From contig JAFXIL010000123.1 of assembly GCA_017563185.1 (NCBI GenBank), positions 1 through 61,508 of the forward strand: a DNA stretch of 61,508 nt. The letters are read 5' to 3'. Every line of letters begins with the position of its first letter. The stretch's first letter is position 1. Shown one piece after another: positions 29,343 through 39,349 of this stretch. This stretch comes from Kiritimatiellia bacterium (lineage in GTDB: Bacteria > Verrucomicrobiota > Kiritimatiellia > RFP12 > UBA1067). A program made the translations under genes and the position numbers. The notes beneath the pieces are model-generated. The model searched no databases, had not been told where the DNA came from, and saw nothing but the letters and a program-made list of their open reading frames with translations.

Positions 29343-30281
29343 CTATTCAAGCGTATGGCGACCAATGGACTCAAGATACTTGATGCAGTCGGCGGGGCGG
29401 TCGGTCTGGATCATCGTGGCGCCCTTGTCAAGACACCATCCCCAGGAGCCCTTGGCGTCGCCACCATGCCCGCGCTCGTCGGTGTGACCGGCGCAGAGAG
29501 AGTCCCAGAGCGTGTTTATCCAGATGCGCGGGCCGGCCTTGTCCTTGGCAAGCGCATCAAGAACGTCGATGGGCTTCTCTGCCTTGAAGCAGAGCTCGTA
29601 GGCGATCGGCTTGCGGGCCTGGGTCTGCCAGTCGTTGAACTTCTCCATCGCGCCCTCGCGGTTGATCCAGATGATGGGCATGAAGCAGAGCGAGCCGTTC
29701 ATCACGTCGTCCCAGCTCTTGCCAAACGTCGCCTTCACCTGCGCGGGCGACATCTCGCCCTTGAGAATCACGTACTTCTCCATGTTGTTGCGCTTCACGC
29801 ATTCGAGTATCTCGGTGGGCCAGAAGCGGAACTTGTCGATGTTTATGAGGATCTTGCCGCGAGCGATCTCAAAGGCCTCTTCGAGGGATAGCACTTCGTA
29901 CTTCGTGACCTTGGCGTTCTTGCCGCCCTGGTTCTCCCTGAGATGGAACTTCTTGATCTCGGCGAGGGTGTGGTCGGCCACCTTGCCCTTGCCTTCGGTG
30001 ACGCGGTCGAGCTTGCGGTCGTGAAGAAGCACGAAACGTCCGTCCTTGGTGCGGCACACGTCGAGCTCCACGATGTCGGCGCCGTGGTTGATGGCGCCAA
30101 TGATGGCGTCGCGCGAGTTCTCTGGGTAGTGGCGCCAGTCGCCGCGGTGCATGGTGACGAACACGTAGTTGCGGTCGTTGCCGTCGAGCTTGGCGCGGAT
30201 CTTGTCGGCGCGGGTGGCGCCTTCGGCGGAGGCGCCGAACGCAAGCGCGGCGCACACGAGAGATAGCATGATCTTCTTCAT
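29343..30281 (-). CDS. Glycerophosphodiester phosphodiesterase family protein, secreted
   Basis: HRGDW..YPENS, VELDV, LLHD, IQTDRP. Confidence 0.92.
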   Translation of the reverse strand: MKKIMLSLVCAALAFGASAEGATRADKIRAKLDGNDRNYVFVTMHRGDWRHYPENSRDAIIGAINHGADIVELDVCRTKDGRFVLLHDRKLDRVTEGKGKVADHTLAEIKKFHLRENQGGKNAKVTKYEVLSLEEAFEIARGKILINIDKFRFWPTEILECVKRNNMEKYVILKGEMSPAQVKATFGKSWDDVMNGSLCFMPIIWINREGAMEKFNDWQTQARKPIAYELCFKAEKPIDVLDALAKDKAGPRIWINTLWDSLCAGHTDERGHGGDAKGSWGWCLDKGATMIQTDRPADCIKYLESIGRHTLE

Positions 30282-30364
30282 TTGTCTTTTCCTCCTTGTG
30301 GGTTGGCTTTATTCTATCAGATTCTGTCGCGGTGCGCAATCGGCTTGGCTGTAACAACGCGGAA

Positions 30365-30443
30365 TGCCAGTATCCAGTTCCGATTCCCAATTGGAAACAT
30401 TGGCATTGGAACTGGCAGCACTTCCGAATTGGCAACATTCACA
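30365..30443. repeat. Imperfect inverted-repeat intergenic element
   Basis: CCAGTTCC...GGAACTGG arms with internal CCAAT/ATTGG units. Confidence 0.55.
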
Positions 30444-30468
30444 TCTCATGGGGACGGTCCATGCAAGT

Positions 30469-33123
30469 TCATTCAATCGAGACGATGCGGTCGAATTCGC
30501 GCTGCGACATCTTCATGAGGAAGCTTTCGCCGCCTGAGATCACTTCGCCCGCGATGAAACGCTTCGTCTCTAGAAGTTCGTCCACATGATCTTCGAGCGT
30601 GCCAGCGCAGATGAACGTGTGCACGAACACCGTCTTCGTCTGCCCAATGCGGTGCGCACGGTCGGTCGCCTGGTTCTCCACCGCCGGATTCCACCACCTG
30701 TCGAAGTGCACCACATGCGTTGCGCGCGTGAGGTTGAGGCCGAAGCCGCCTGCCTTGAGCGAAAGGATGAACACATTAGGCTCGGCTGACGCGTTGAACG
30801 CCGCAATCTCCGCCTCGCGCTGCGCAGGCGAAAGCGAGCCGTGCAGAAACGGGAAGAGACGCCCGAACGTCTCCTGCAGATGAGCGCGGATCATCCGCCC
30901 CACCTTCGCGTACTGCGTGAAAACGAGGCACGACTCGCCGCCATCGAACATCTCCGCGAGCAGCTCGTCGAGGCGCGCGAGCTTCCCTTCGCCGTCGCAG
31001 ACGAGCTTGAGCTCCGTGAGAAGCGCAAGCATGCGCCCGCGCGACGACTCGCCACCCGCTACGTCAGTGCGATACGACGCAAGCGCCGTCTCGTACTGAC
31101 GACGCTGCTCAAACGAGAGCGGACAATACTCGCGCACCTCCCTCTTCTCGCCCAGCTCCGCCGCCACGCCAGGATCCGTCTTGAGCCTTCGAAGCATGAA
31201 CGGCTCAAGCACATGCCTCAGCCGCGCCGCCGCCCCTCCCTGAGAGTCAGTGCGGATCGACTTCGTGAAATCCTCCTCGAAACTCTTCCGTTCGCCAAGA
31301 AGCCCAGGATTCAATATCTCCTCCAGCGACCACAGGTCGTTCGCGCTGTTCTCGAACGGCGTTCCCGTGAGCGCCACCTTTACCGGAACGTCCAGGGCGC
31401 GCGCGGCCTTCGCGGCGCGCGTATCGGGATTCTTGACGGTCTGCGCCTCGTCCAGAACGAGTGCCGAGAATCCTACGGACGCGAGATCGGCGAAGTCGCG
31501 CACGAAAAGCGAATATCCCGTAACCACCACGTCGGCCGCCTTGCACGCGCGGCGCAGCGTGCCGCCGATAGACCTCTCGCCGCCCTGATGCAGCAGCACC
31601 TTCAGCCCAGGCGCGAAACGCCTGAACTCGCGCGTCCAGTTCGTTGTAACGGAAACAGGCGCCACCACCAGCACGGGACGCGTCTTGAGACTCAGAATAA
31701 AGGCAATGGCCTGAATCGTCTTGCCGAGGCCCATGTCGTCCGCAAGGCACGGACCAAACCCCCACCTCGCCAGGAACGCTAGCCACGAATACCCTCTCTG
31801 CTGATAGTCGCGCAGCGCGCCCTTGAGTCCATCCGGCGGTGGCAGTATCTTGAACTGCTGCTCGCCGCGCAGTTCGTTGAGAAGGCCACGCAGCCACCCG
31901 TGCGCACTCACCTTCGCCACGCGCAGTCGCCCTGCACGCCCCACGCCGAATGCGAACGACGCCGCCTCGCGCATGGTGAGCTTCTTCGACTTCGTGGCCT
32001 TGATCGCGCGCATCGCCTCGCGCAGCACATTGCGGTCCACCTCGATCCACCTGTCGCGGAAGAAGACGAGCGAACTGCCCTGGTCGAGAAGGAACTGCAG
32101 CTCCCTCTCCGTCACCTTCTCACCGTCAACGCGAATCGTCAGCTTCGCCGCCACCTTCTGCGATGCGGCGGGCGAAGCGCCTTCTGCCCCGCCGCCTCCC
32201 TTCGGCGATGCTGCCGGCGAAAGGTCGGCCTCGGCCGTGAGGTGCTCACCAGTAACGCCGTCCGGCATGTCAACTGCGAAGCCTGCTGCCGAGAGGACCT
32301 GCGCTCCCGTGCGCAGGAACGCCTCGGCCTCCGAAAGCGTGAGCGGCGCCGCGCCGCCGCGCATCCCGCCGAGCGGCGGGAAGAGAGCGGCGGCCTGGCC
32401 TAGCGAAACGAGGCCGAGCCGCGTGACGGGAGGGGCGGCGAGCGTGAGAAGCCACGGCGAATCAGCATTGTGCGGAGGCACGAGGGCGAAACGCAACGCG
32501 GCGCGGTCGGCAGCCGACACCACAAGCGGCGCGCGCCAAGCCTCTAGATCGCGCGCGAGAGCAAGAGCGCTCTCGCGATCGCTCCACCTAAGGCGTCCTG
32601 AGTCGCTGCGAAGAGCCGCCACCCAGGCATCATGCACGGTATCGTGCGCCGAATCGTCCGCCTCCAAGACAGTACGATGGGCTCGGCGCGCCAGCTCGTC
32701 GACGCACCACTCAACAAAAACCCTTTCGCGCGGAGTGCAGTCAGGAACCTCCGCCACAGCACGCCATCGCGCCGCAAAGGCGCCGTCCTCCTCTTTGATC
32801 GAAGGCAGGTAGCACCCGGCGGCGATAATTCGGGCTGCGGAACGGAAAAGCTCCGCCGCGCGCAGCGTGTCTCCACCGAGAAACACGCCGCGCTTGAAGC
32901 GACGCACGCGAACGTCAGAGAGGAACATCAGCAGGTTCGGCGGCGTTGGACGCAAAAGCGAATCGTCTTCAGCTTCTTCAAAACCATCCGCATACCACAC
33001 AACCTCGCGCACAGCGGTCGCAAGCGCCTCGCCGCGCAGTGGCTTCAAGTCGCCGCCTTCGCCCGCCTCGGCACGAAACGCGGCGCGGCCATCATCGGCA
33101 ATCTCGACGTGCAGCTCAAACAT
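30469..33123 (-). CDS. SNF2-family (DEAD/DEAH) helicase
   Basis: LADDMGLGKT, LDEAQ, LTGTP.EN, GG.GLNLT.A, WWNPAVENQATDRAHRIGQ. Confidence 0.95.
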   Translation of the reverse strand: MFELHVEIADDGRAAFRAEAGEGGDLKPLRGEALATAVREVVWYADGFEEAEDDSLLRPTPPNLLMFLSDVRVRRFKRGVFLGGDTLRAAELFRSAARIIAAGCYLPSIKEEDGAFAARWRAVAEVPDCTPRERVFVEWCVDELARRAHRTVLEADDSAHDTVHDAWVAALRSDSGRLRWSDRESALALARDLEAWRAPLVVSAADRAALRFALVPPHNADSPWLLTLAAPPVTRLGLVSLGQAAALFPPLGGMRGGAAPLTLSEAEAFLRTGAQVLSAAGFAVDMPDGVTGEHLTAEADLSPAASPKGGGGAEGASPAASQKVAAKLTIRVDGEKVTERELQFLLDQGSSLVFFRDRWIEVDRNVLREAMRAIKATKSKKLTMREAASFAFGVGRAGRLRVAKVSAHGWLRGLLNELRGEQQFKILPPPDGLKGALRDYQQRGYSWLAFLARWGFGPCLADDMGLGKTIQAIAFILSLKTRPVLVVAPVSVTTNWTREFRRFAPGLKVLLHQGGERSIGGTLRRACKAADVVVTGYSLFVRDFADLASVGFSALVLDEAQTVKNPDTRAAKAARALDVPVKVALTGTPFENSANDLWSLEEILNPGLLGERKSFEEDFTKSIRTDSQGGAAARLRHVLEPFMLRRLKTDPGVAAELGEKREVREYCPLSFEQRRQYETALASYRTDVAGGESSRGRMLALLTELKLVCDGEGKLARLDELLAEMFDGGESCLVFTQYAKVGRMIRAHLQETFGRLFPFLHGSLSPAQREAEIAAFNASAEPNVFILSLKAGGFGLNLTRATHVVHFDRWWNPAVENQATDRAHRIGQTKTVFVHTFICAGTLEDHVDELLETKRFIAGEVISGGESFLMKMSQREFDRIVSIE

Positions 33124-33787
33124 GACTCCCCGCGAATGCCTTCTCGCAGGCATCGCGCAGAGCAGCCACGCCGAGCGCCATGTCGGCCATTTTGAAGAGG
33201 TGGCTGCCGGCCACAAACTGGTTCGCGCCAGCCGCTGCGGCCAGCACTCCTGTTTCGGCGTTCACGCCGCCGTCCACCATGATGTCGAGCTGGGGACGCA
33301 ACGCGCGCGCCTCGGCTATCTTCGGCAGACACTCCTTGATGAACGCCTGCCCGCCGTAACCGGGATGGACGGTCATCACAAGCAGCTCGTCACACTCGTC
33401 CAGATACGGCATAACGCGCACTATGGGCGTCTCGGGATTGACGACAAGGGCCGCACGCGCGCCGAGCGCGCGGATGCGCGCAAGCACGGCATGCAGATCG
33501 CAGTCGGCCTCGATATGCACCTGCACTGTCTGCGCGCCGGCGGAGACGAACTTCTCGAGATAAAGATCTGGCCGCGTCATCATCAGATGCACATGACGGT
33601 AGAAGCCAGGCTCCACTCGCCTGCACATCTCCACCACTGCTGGACCGAACGAGAGATTCGGAACGAAGTGGGCATCCATCACATCAAGGTGAAGTGCGTC
33701 TGCGCCAGAAGAGGCGGCGCGCGAGACGTCCTTTGCAAGGGCGCCCTGGTCGGCCGCCAGAAGAGAGGGAAGTATCTGTATGCGCAT
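33116..33787 (-). CDS. rpe: Ribulose-phosphate 3-epimerase
   Basis: PSLLAAD, HLDVMDAHFVPN, MTVHPGYGGQ, VDGG. Confidence 0.95.
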   Translation of the reverse strand: MRIQILPSLLAADQGALAKDVSRAASSGADALHLDVMDAHFVPNLSFGPAVVEMCRRVEPGFYRHVHLMMTRPDLYLEKFVSAGAQTVQVHIEADCDLHAVLARIRALGARAALVVNPETPIVRVMPYLDECDELLVMTVHPGYGGQAFIKECLPKIAEARALRPQLDIMVDGGVNAETGVLAAAAGANQFVAGSHLFKMADMALGVAALRDACEKAFAGSHV

Positions 33788-33813
33788 AGTTGTTCCCTTC
33801 TCCGCCACAAAGG

Positions 33814-36800
33814 CTATTCCATGATGAGACGCACGGGGCCGACGAGACCGGACTTCACGAGCTTGGTGCCTTTGCCGCAGCAGGGAATGCTCGTCCATGT
33901 GGGACGCTTCGCCACGTCGTTGTCGCCCACAAGACGGTTGATCCACAGGTCGCACACCTCCACCTCGAGCTCGTTCATTCCCTCGCGCACGAACTTCGTG
34001 ACATCAAGGCGATAGGGCTCGAAGCAGACGCCGCCCGCGTACTTGCCGTTCACCTTCACCTTTGCGGTCACCGCCACGTCGCCAAGATCGAGCACAACGC
34101 GCGCGCCCGGCTTGCCGCAGCGGAACTTCGTGCGGTACGTGATGCGGCCAGAGTAGTGCTTCACGGCGGAATCATCCGAAGTGGAGAGATCGAAGAGCCT
34201 GGACGTCTTCAGAGGACGCGACGGACCGCGGTGGAGGGCGTCGCTCTGGAACTCGAGCGTCCAGGGTCCGGCGATCTCGATGGGCGCCTTGGCTGGCACT
34301 GCTGCGTTTCCGGTGCGTCCCGCGGCGTCCTTCGCGAACACCACGAACACGCTTCCATGACGTGCGAGCGAGAGGTTGACAAGCGTGCGCCCGTTTTCGA
34401 AGCGCCAGGTGTCGGCCTCGCGCATCTCGCCGGTTGCTGCGTCCCACAGCTCGGGCACGCGCCCGCTCACGCGGAACGACACATCCACTGACGGAGCTGG
34501 CTTCCCGCCGAAGCAGGCCACAAAGTAGATTTCTGCATTGGGCATCGTGCGGTGCGCGTGGATGAGGTGGCTGCGCCCGTCGTGCAGAAGGTCCGTCTCG
34601 ACGCCGCGCATGGCGAACGCCTCGTCCATCGAAAGGCCCCAGGCGATGGTGCCCTTGCCGCGGCGGGCGCTCTTCACGGTCTTTCCGTCCACCTCGCCCC
34701 AGAGACGGTCGGCGATTTCCTTCACGCGCGCATCGGCCTGCGGCTGGCCCGCGAGCGAAGGAGAGCGCAGCGGCTTCGGACCCATCACGAACGCTCCTGC
34801 GTGCACAAGCTTCTCGATGCGGGCAAGCAGTTCGGGGCGCATCGTCTCGAGCTTCGGAAGCACCAGCACCTCGTATGTGGTGCCATGCGGCAGCACGATG
34901 CGCCCTTTCGCGTCCACGCCCGCCGTCTCGCGCAGCACCTCGGCGTTGATGTAGTCGAGCTGGCGGCCGCGCGGCACGGGGGGATCCATAACGCCAGTCA
35001 TCTTCGGCACGTCCTCGCCGATGAAGTATGCGGCGTCGGCAACGTTGAGTCCCTGCTGGAGCATGTAGCCGGTTCGCTTGAGGTAGCCGGTGAAGAGATC
35101 GAAATGCTCAAACCATGTGTTGTGGCGGTTGAACTCGTTGCCGAACCAGGCGATGAAGCCAGGTGCGCGGTCATCGGGCTGGTGGATGTAGAGATGCAGG
35201 ATGGTGGCGTTGATGCCGTCCGCGAAGAAACGGTCGGTGCGCGACTTGAGGTCCATCGGCGTACGTGCGTATGGACGGCCGCCGCAGGTGTTGGATTCGG
35301 CCCATATCTGGCGCTTGCCGTAGATGTGGCCGCAGCTTGAGGCGGCGCGGTTCTCGATGTCGCCGAGCGAGCCCTCGCTCCAGAACTCGCCGCCAATACC
35401 GTCCGACTGGCCGCCGTACTGCAGGAACTCGCCGGGAAAACCCCAGTGTCCGTAGCATTCAAGCCATGTGCGCAGGCCATGGTGGTTGCTCGCTGCGCGC
35501 AGGCCGCCCACGTAGGAGTACGCGACTTCATCGGCGATGAAGCGGCGGAGGTCCCAGAGGAAACGGTTGGAATCGGCGCGGCTAGCAGCGGGCATTCCAA
35601 AGAATGCGGGAAGATACGGAGTGGGGTCGTAGCCGAAGGAGGCCTTGAAGCGAGCGGCAAAGTCGTCCGTGAAGTTCTGTCCGCCCATTTCGTAGCTGTC
35701 GAGCACCGTGTGGCGTATGGCCTTGCGGTGGGCGGGCGGCGTGCGGGCGAGGATCTTGCCGAGGTAGGCGTCGAAGTGAGCGGCCACATGGGCACGGCTC
35801 ATCTTGTCCACCTCGTATCCCGTGGCTTCGGGATTTGCGGGACCGTTCTTCGTGCCGGTGGGAGCGGCGGCGAAGCGGTAGATGACCCACTTGCCGGCGG
35901 GCACCTGCCAGTCGAGCGCGCCGTCAGCCGCCACCTTGCCACGCAGCACAACGGCCTTTGCGGGATCGAGCGCGGTGCCGGGAGCGTTTTCGGGCTCGGC
36001 AGGCCACTGGTATTCGTTCCACATCGGCAGCGGGCTTTCGAACATCTTCGCGAGCGTCTTCTCGTATGCGCGCGCCACGAGCGGCGCGCCGCAGACTGCA
36101 ACGGATGCGAATCGGGACTGGTGGCGGCCCTGAGGCGCCACTGTGACACGGAACTTGTTCGCCGTCACAGGCGCGAAAGAGGCGAGAATGGGCGCGTGAG
36201 GGGCAAAGCCAACATTGCCTGAATGGTTCACACGGCTGAACGGCATGTCACACAGCGTCTTCCATGCGCCGTTCTTGTCCGCAGCCTCCACCTTCACGCG
36301 GCCAGCTATCTTACCATCGATGAAAGCGAGTTCGGCCGACTGCGCGGTGAACGGCGCTTGGGATGCCAACTCCACCACGAGCGGTTTCCCGGCTAGCTGC
36401 AAAAGAGAGTCGTTGACGTCCTTCGTCTCAATTCTGTCGGCGAAGCCAGCCGGCATGGGATATGCCACGGCAAGGACGTCGCGGCAGTCCTCGGCAGGCG
36501 CACACTCAAACTTCGGCGCGGGCAGCTTCACGCCCGACCTCGGACCCTCCACCACCACGCTGCTCGCCACTAGGCGGCGCATCGCCTGTTCGGGCTTCAC
36601 CCAGGGTCCGCCGCTCTGGCTCCACCCGGGCGAGTTGAACAGCCCTATCTCGATGTCGAGCGCGCTCGCCGTCTCGAACGCCGTCGCGAGAGCCTTCTCC
36701 CATTCTGGGGAGAAGGTCTTCACCGGACCCTGCTTGTTTCCGCCGCCGCCGATGTCGCCGATGTAGGCGCGGTCGATGCCGGCGCGCTTCATCGCCTGAA

Positions 36801-37035
36801 GGTCTTTCTTCACGCCCTCGCTGGTGACGTTGCCGGCCATCCAGTACCAGTATGCGCCGGTGCGCACCTTGCCGAACGGGTCGCGGAAGTCGGCCGCCAT
36901 CTCGGCGTATGCGGGATTGGTGGGCTTCTCGTTGGTGGATTCCGGCATGTCGTGCGAGAAGCGTCCGGGCGACATCTCGCCCGCGCAGACGCCGGCAAGC
37001 GCGGCGGCCGCAAACAACGAGTAAGATCTTTTCAT
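33814..37035 (-). CDS. Glycoside hydrolase, GH106-type (alpha-L-rhamnosidase-like)
   Basis: YWYWMAGNVT.EG...DL..M, GWSQSGGPWV, DSYE.G, GEFW, C-terminal LDLGDV...SGL.GPV. Confidence 0.88.
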   Translation of the reverse strand: MKRSYSLFAAAALAGVCAGEMSPGRFSHDMPESTNEKPTNPAYAEMAADFRDPFGKVRTGAYWYWMAGNVTSEGVKKDLQAMKRAGIDRAYIGDIGGGGNKQGPVKTFSPEWEKALATAFETASALDIEIGLFNSPGWSQSGGPWVKPEQAMRRLVASSVVVEGPRSGVKLPAPKFECAPAEDCRDVLAVAYPMPAGFADRIETKDVNDSLLQLAGKPLVVELASQAPFTAQSAELAFIDGKIAGRVKVEAADKNGAWKTLCDMPFSRVNHSGNVGFAPHAPILASFAPVTANKFRVTVAPQGRHQSRFASVAVCGAPLVARAYEKTLAKMFESPLPMWNEYQWPAEPENAPGTALDPAKAVVLRGKVAADGALDWQVPAGKWVIYRFAAAPTGTKNGPANPEATGYEVDKMSRAHVAAHFDAYLGKILARTPPAHRKAIRHTVLDSYEMGGQNFTDDFAARFKASFGYDPTPYLPAFFGMPAASRADSNRFLWDLRRFIADEVAYSYVGGLRAASNHHGLRTWLECYGHWGFPGEFLQYGGQSDGIGGEFWSEGSLGDIENRAASSCGHIYGKRQIWAESNTCGGRPYARTPMDLKSRTDRFFADGINATILHLYIHQPDDRAPGFIAWFGNEFNRHNTWFEHFDLFTGYLKRTGYMLQQGLNVADAAYFIGEDVPKMTGVMDPPVPRGRQLDYINAEVLRETAGVDAKGRIVLPHGTTYEVLVLPKLETMRPELLARIEKLVHAGAFVMGPKPLRSPSLAGQPQADARVKEIADRLWGEVDGKTVKSARRGKGTIAWGLSMDEAFAMRGVETDLLHDGRSHLIHAHRTMPNAEIYFVACFGGKPAPSVDVSFRVSGRVPELWDAATGEMREADTWRFENGRTLVNLSLARHGSVFVVFAKDAAGRTGNAAVPAKAPIEIAGPWTLEFQSDALHRGPSRPLKTSRLFDLSTSDDSAVKHYSGRITYRTKFRCGKPGARVVLDLGDVAVTAKVKVNGKYAGGVCFEPYRLDVTKFVREGMNELEVEVCDLWINRLVGDNDVAKRPTWTSIPCCGKGTKLVKSGLVGPVRLIME

Positions 37036-37047
37036 GTCAATTCTCCT

Positions 37048-38502
37048 TTACGCCTTCTTCATCTGCGGGAACAGGACGACGTCGCGAATCGAGTCGCAGC
37101 CGGTGAGCAGCATCACGAGACGGTCAACGCCGAAGCCGAGTCCGCCCGTGGGCGGCATGCCGCACTCAAGAGCGGAGATGAAGTCTTCGTCAATCTTCTC
37201 GGTGTCATCGCCTGCCTGATGCTCAAGGGCCCTGCGCTGTTCAAGGGGGTCGTTCTGCTCGGTGTAGCCAGGGCACAGCTCGCGGCCCGCGATCACGAAC
37301 TCGAAGACGTCCACGAGGGACGGATCGTCGGCGCACGTCTTGGCGAGCGGCACGAACTCGTGCGGGATGCGCGTGACGAACGTGGGCTGGCGGAGGTTGC
37401 GTTCGATGAGCTTGTCATAGACCTCGTGCGTGAGCATCAGCTCGGTCGTCACACCGTCGAGCTCGAGGTTCGTGTCGGTTTCGCGTCCCTTGGCCTTCGC
37501 CTTCTCGAGCTGTGTCTCGAACGGAAGGTCGAACCAGTCGTCGCCCATCAGCTCCTTCACGAGATCGCGGTATGCCACGCGGCGGTAGGGAGGCGTGAAG
37601 TCGATGATCTCCTTGTCGTCGCCGTACTCGATCTTGCGCGTTCCCACCACCGTGTCACAGAGGTGCGGCAGCAGGCCCTCCATGATGGCCTCCATCGAAG
37701 TGCGGTCTCCGTACGCCTCGTAGATCTCGCACACGGTGAACTCCGGATTGTGCGAACGGTCGATGCCTTCGTTGCGGAAGTCCTTGCCGAGCTCGAACAC
37801 CTTGTTCATGCCGCCCACTATCAGGCGCTTGAGGTAGAGCTCTGGGGCGATGCGCATCACGCAGTCCTTGTCGAGGGCGTTGTAGTGCGAGAAGAACGGC
37901 TTGGCGGCGGCGCCGCCGGCCTGGTCCTGGAGGATGGGCGTTTCCACCTCGTGGAAGCCGAGGCCCCAGAGATATTTGCGGATCTCCATGATGAGGCGGC
38001 TGCGCATGAAGAAGCGCTGGCGGCTCTCGTCGTTCGTCATGAGGTCCACGTAGCGACGCCTGTAGCACTCCTCCTGGTCGGCGAGGCCGTGGAATTTCTC
38101 GGGCGGCTGCTCGAGCGCCTTCGCGAGCATGGCCCATTCCTGCACCACCACGCTCTTCTCCCCCTTCTGGGTGGTGAAGAGCTCGCCCTCAACGCCGACG
38201 ATGTCGCCGAGGTTGAGCAGCTTGAAGCCGGCGAACATCTTCTCGGAAAGGACGTCGCGCTTGAATATGAGCTGGAAGTGGTCGGTGCCGTCGTTGAGCG
38301 TGCAGAAGTTCATCTTGCCCATGCGGCGGATCATAAGCAGCCGGCCAGCCACGCGAACCTTCTTTCCCTCCTCGAACGTCTCGCGCACCTTCGCGAGGTC
38401 TTCATGCGGATAGGCGTGCCCGTACGGGGTGAAGCCAAGTTCTGCGAGCGCCTTCATGGACGCGATGCGGTTGTCGCGGTACTCGTTTGTATTCTGTTCC
38501 AT
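37048..38502 (-). CDS. lysS: Lysine--tRNA ligase (class II)
   Basis: EVETP, GGAAAKPF, RIAPELYLK, FRNEG, GMPPTGG.G.G.DR. Confidence 0.98.
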   Translation of the reverse strand: MEQNTNEYRDNRIASMKALAELGFTPYGHAYPHEDLAKVRETFEEGKKVRVAGRLLMIRRMGKMNFCTLNDGTDHFQLIFKRDVLSEKMFAGFKLLNLGDIVGVEGELFTTQKGEKSVVVQEWAMLAKALEQPPEKFHGLADQEECYRRRYVDLMTNDESRQRFFMRSRLIMEIRKYLWGLGFHEVETPILQDQAGGAAAKPFFSHYNALDKDCVMRIAPELYLKRLIVGGMNKVFELGKDFRNEGIDRSHNPEFTVCEIYEAYGDRTSMEAIMEGLLPHLCDTVVGTRKIEYGDDKEIIDFTPPYRRVAYRDLVKELMGDDWFDLPFETQLEKAKAKGRETDTNLELDGVTTELMLTHEVYDKLIERNLRQPTFVTRIPHEFVPLAKTCADDPSLVDVFEFVIAGRELCPGYTEQNDPLEQRRALEHQAGDDTEKIDEDFISALECGMPPTGGLGFGVDRLVMLLTGCDSIRDVVLFPQMKKA

Positions 38503-38527
38503 TTTTCTTCGCTTTCGATTGCAATCT

Positions 38528-39319
38528 CTACGCCTTCGGCGGATCGGGCAGTATTCCCTTATCCAGCAGGTCCTTCACTATCATCCTTGCGTCCGCCTCG
38601 AAGTCGCCCTTCACGAACCATTTCAGCCACTTCTGCTCGTTTGTGAACATGTCCTTGAGCCTCATGCCTCTCTTCTGCCCGAAGTTGACGCAAAGCTCGC
38701 CGTTGATCCACCTGAAGAGCCCCCTGCGGTCGGCGTTGAGCGGATCGTGGGGGACGAGATACTCGTCCATCGCGGCCGTAGTCCTTGGCAAGTCGGGGTA
38801 CTTCTCCATCTGGGCCTTGAGCACGTCGAGCGTCGCGCGCGCGTCGGCTTCCGCGCCATGCGCGCCCTCATGGGCGCGGCCGCAGTAGAAGCGCACTGCG
38901 GCCGTGAGGTCGCGCGGCTCCATCTTGTGGTAGATGCGCATCACGTCAACATGGCGGCGGCGGCTCTCTCCGAAGTTGCGTCCGGCGCGGGCAAACTCCT
39001 CTTCGAGGCAGGGAACGTCGAAACGGTCGGAGTTGAATCCGGAGAGGTCGCAGCCGGCGAAGAACGCCTCAATCTCGTCGACCTTGTCGGCGAACGTGGG
39101 GCAGTCCTTGACGATCTCGTCCGTGATGCCGTGTATGGCCGTGGTCTCGGGCGGAATCTTGACTCCAGGATTAAGAAGCCAGCACTTGGAGGTCTCCGTG
39201 CCGTCCGGCTCGACGCGTATCGCGGCGAGTTCGATTATGCGGTCCTGGCGCGGGTTGACGCCTGTCGATTCAATGTCGAAGACCACAAGCGGGCGGTCAA
39301 GCTGCAGCGGGAAACTCAT
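38528..39319 (-). CDS. DEDDh 3'-5' exonuclease (DNA pol III epsilon-like)
   Basis: FDIESTG, GFN..RFD, AHGAEAD. Confidence 0.92.
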   Translation of the reverse strand: MSFPLQLDRPLVVFDIESTGVNPRQDRIIELAAIRVEPDGTETSKCWLLNPGVKIPPETTAIHGITDEIVKDCPTFADKVDEIEAFFAGCDLSGFNSDRFDVPCLEEEFARAGRNFGESRRRHVDVMRIYHKMEPRDLTAAVRFYCGRAHEGAHGAEADARATLDVLKAQMEKYPDLPRTTAAMDEYLVPHDPLNADRRGLFRWINGELCVNFGQKRGMRLKDMFTNEQKWLKWFVKGDFEADARMIVKDLLDKGILPDPPKA

Positions 39320-39349
39320 CTTTGCAAGGTGTCCTTTTCTGGAAGCGCG

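Noticed and set aside
30469-33123. SNF2 helicase as part of a defence system or intein-containing
   Set aside because: Housekeeping neighbours, host-like GC, no methylase/nuclease/SWIM partner in the window and no intein motifs.
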